Assembly: GCA_965261595.1 (NCBI GenBank)
Contig: CBDHDG010000005.1
Span: 896,001-960,000 of the forward strand
Length of the DNA stretch: 64,000 nt
Direction of reading: 5' to 3'
DNA from: a bacterium
GTDB taxonomy: Bacteria > UBA8248 > JACPRG01 > G963555815
In this document: positions 61,679 to 64,000 of the stretch, in pieces
How the letters are laid out: each line of letters starts with the position of its first letter
Numbering within the stretch: position 1 is the first letter of the stretch
The notes under the pieces: model-generated
The model's database searches: none
Told to the model about the DNA's origin: nothing
The model's input: only the letters and a program-made list of their open reading frames with translations
Made by a program: the position numbers and the translations under genes

Positions 61679-62263
61679 GTGTCGCGCGCGGTTGAATCCC
61701 ACGAGGAGGAAGCCTTTGAACGGGTCCAGGACAGTCCCCAGATTGCTTGCGTGTTGAGCCGGGAGAGGGGGGTGTTGTCGGCGGCGGCGCGGCGGCGTCA
61801 TTACCGGCGGCTTCGGGAAGCGTTCGCCGCCGCGCCGGTGGTCGCGACCCTCGACTACCGAATCGTCCGGCTTGACGAAGGCTTCGCACGAATCGGGATC
61901 CGGAATCGGCCTGAGCTGCGTCAGGAGCGGGGACGGCTGCACGGCGCCCTCCTGGGTCTGCTGGCCGACGCGGCGGGCGCGTATGCGGTCTTGACCCTCG
62001 TTCCGGGCGGGGAAGTCCTGACCATCGAGTTCAAGATCAACTTTCTCACGGGCGCGGTAGGTAAGCGCGTCTTTGCGGATGCCCGCGTCGTGCGGTTGGG
62101 AAAGACTGTGGCGGTCACCGAGATGGACGTGTGGTGCGGTCCCGGAGAGAAGGTCGCCGTCGGGCTCGGAACGTACCGTGTCTTTTCCCCGGACGGTCAA
62201 GAGGGGTCCGCCGCCCCCGAACGGGCGGGATCGGCCGGGGCGCGCACCAAGAAGAAAATGTAG
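61679..62263 (+). CDS. PaaI family thioesterase (start uncertain)
   Basis: LHGALL..LAD.A, LTIEFKINFL, VVRLGKTVAV. Confidence 0.85.
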   Translation: MSRAVESHEEEAFERVQDSPQIACVLSRERGVLSAAARRRHYRRLREAFAAAPVVATLDYRIVRLDEGFARIGIRNRPELRQERGRLHGALLGLLADAAGAYAVLTLVPGGEVLTIEFKINFLTGAVGKRVFADARVVRLGKTVAVTEMDVWCGPGEKVAVGLGTYRVFSPDGQEGSAAPERAGSAGARTKKKM

Positions 62264-62345
62264 ACAAGCGGTTTCGAGGCGTCGTGCCGGGGACGGTGTT
62301 TGGCGTCGCCCTGCCTTATGGAAACAATCAGGGAGGTTTTCAAAG

Positions 62346-63218
62346 ATGCCGGTGGCGAGTGTGGCGGTGATCGGCTGCGGGACGATGGGCTCCGGGATCG
62401 CCCAAGTCTGCGCCCGGGCGAAGCTCCCGGTCCTCGTCACCGAAATGGACGAAGACGCGCTCGAAGAGGGAATGGAGCGCATCCGGGCTTTTCTCGACCA
62501 GGGGGTGAAGCGGGAGAAGGTCGCCGTTGAGGATCGGGATGCGGTCCTCGCCGGGATTGTCGGGACGACCCGCCTCGACGATCTTGCGGATTGCGACCTG
62601 GTGATTGAGGCCGTCTCGGAGGACATGGACCTCAAGGTGGGTCTCTTTCGCCGGTTGGATGAGGTTTGCAAGGCGTCCTGCGTCTTCGCGAGCAACACTT
62701 CCTCGCTCAACATTACGTCGCTCGCGCGCGAGACCTCAAGGCCCGGGAGCTTCATCGGGCTTCATTTCTTCAATCCCGCTCCCCTGATGCCGCTCGTGGA
62801 AGTGGTCCGGACGAAGATCGCCAAGGAAGAAACGGTTTCCGAGGGGATTGACTTCATCCGCCGGCTCGGGAAGGAGCCCATCGTTTGCGATGACCAGCCC
62901 GGCTTCATCGTCAACCGATTGATCACCCCGTTCCTGAATGAAGCGATGCGGGCGCTGGATGGCGGACTGGCATCGCCCGCCGACATCGACAAGGCCATTC
63001 GCCTGGGCCTGGGGCACCCGATGGGACCGTTTGAGTTGCTGGACATGGTGGGGCTGGATACAAGCCGCGCGGTCGCCAGTTCTCTCCACGAGCAAACCCG
63101 GGATCCGCAATTCGCCTCGCCGCCCCTGCTCGACCGGATGGTTCAGGATGGGGCTCTGGGGCGAAAGACCGGACGGGGCTTCTTCGACTATCCGCCCAAA
63201 AGGGAAAGCAACGACTAA
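62346..63218 (+). CDS. 3-hydroxybutyryl/3-hydroxyacyl-CoA dehydrogenase
   Basis: VIGCGTMGSGIAQ, IEAVSE, SNTSS, HFFNP, PGFIVNR, HPMGP. Confidence 0.95.
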   Translation: MPVASVAVIGCGTMGSGIAQVCARAKLPVLVTEMDEDALEEGMERIRAFLDQGVKREKVAVEDRDAVLAGIVGTTRLDDLADCDLVIEAVSEDMDLKVGLFRRLDEVCKASCVFASNTSSLNITSLARETSRPGSFIGLHFFNPAPLMPLVEVVRTKIAKEETVSEGIDFIRRLGKEPIVCDDQPGFIVNRLITPFLNEAMRALDGGLASPADIDKAIRLGLGHPMGPFELLDMVGLDTSRAVASSLHEQTRDPQFASPPLLDRMVQDGALGRKTGRGFFDYPPKRESND

Positions 63219-63460
63219 CCCAACCCCGCCCCGGCGGGTCTCCGGGGCCGGACGCAGCCATCGGGAGCCTGGGGTTTGCGTCGCATTTTATCGGTTCCTC
63301 TCAAGGGATTCCTTTCTTCACGCGGCCCCGCGGTTAGAGTGAACCCAAACCGATGTGCGCCTGAATGCCGAAATCCCGTGAATTCGGTTCCGGGCGTTTC
63401 TTCGGATTCGGACCCCTGGCCTCACTGAGAATCACATCAAGTCGGATGAAGGAGCTCGCC

Positions 63461-63883
63461 ATGTTGCTGGTTCCATACACCCCTCCCTCTGAACCGGTGG
63501 TCAAACCTTTAACGGGACAATATGATTTCACCGGGAAAGTGGGGATGAGCCGGTTGATCGACATCGACGAGGGGTCCCGCGTGAGAACCGCCATCGTCCG
63601 TTTCGAGCCTTGCGCCCGAACCCTCTGGCACCACCACGTCGGGCAGCAGATCCTCTACATTGTCAGCGGAAAAGGACTGGCCCAGACTTGGGAGGATTGT
63701 CTTCGAAAAAAAGAGCCGGATGTCATCGCCCCGGGCGACGTGGTGTATTTTTCCCCGGGCGAGAAGCACTGGCACGGCGCGACGCCGGACAGCCCGCTGG
63801 AGAAAATCGCCTTCATCACCGGCGGAGAAACGATTTGGAATGAGGAGGTTTCAGAAGAGCAATACTTCCTCGCCAAATCGTAG
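63461..63883 (+). CDS. Cupin domain protein
   Basis: FTGKV, FEPCART.WHHH..QILY..G.G, PGEKHWHGA. Confidence 0.88.
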   Translation: MLLVPYTPPSEPVVKPLTGQYDFTGKVGMSRLIDIDEGSRVRTAIVRFEPCARTLWHHHVGQQILYIVSGKGLAQTWEDCLRKKEPDVIAPGDVVYFSPGEKHWHGATPDSPLEKIAFITGGETIWNEEVSEEQYFLAKS

Positions 63884-64000
63884 TAAAGAATTCGGTCGCT
63901 TTCCCGTTCACGCCGATTTTCGTCCCAAACGGGTTGAAGAGCGGGCTCGCGCTTAAGGGTGTTCCGACCTCCTGCCGTTCCTGCTGCCCGGCCCCCTCCC

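Noticed and set aside
1..64000. tRNA, rRNA, CRISPR arrays, prophage genes
   Set aside because: None recognised by eye; covariance searches were not possible

Overview
GC-rich bacterial window, mostly catabolic genes for N-heterocycles, aromatics and small organics. These include pcaHG, three cyclase-family paralogs, M20 hydrolases, hydantoinase A/B, two xanthine-dehydrogenase-type Mo subunits, UbiD, an LLM oxidoreductase, a CoA transferase and three NMT1/THI5-type binding proteins with no adjacent permease. An accessory region at ~8.5-20.6 kb holds two IS3-family elements, a broken IS1380, RAYT-derived MITEs/REPs, shattered PIN and nucleotidyltransferase genes and an M64-peptidase cassette. 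Highlights: (1) a selenocysteine GrdB-like gene (in-frame UGA, UxxCxxC, SECIS-like hairpin) with a GrdE-like partner lacking the pyruvoyl cleavage motif, embedded in a heterocycle-catabolism cluster with no grdA/C/D nearby; (2) a bis-MGD Mo/W enzyme with all four FS0 cysteines replaced; (3) an amidohydrolase-2 + Rieske pair resembling dimetal oxygenases; (4) one REP family marking nearly every foreign-DNA boundary; (5) a cargo block bracketed by IS1380-type ends. Several single-base frameshifts may be assembly errors. All calls come from reading motifs by eye; no database searches were run.
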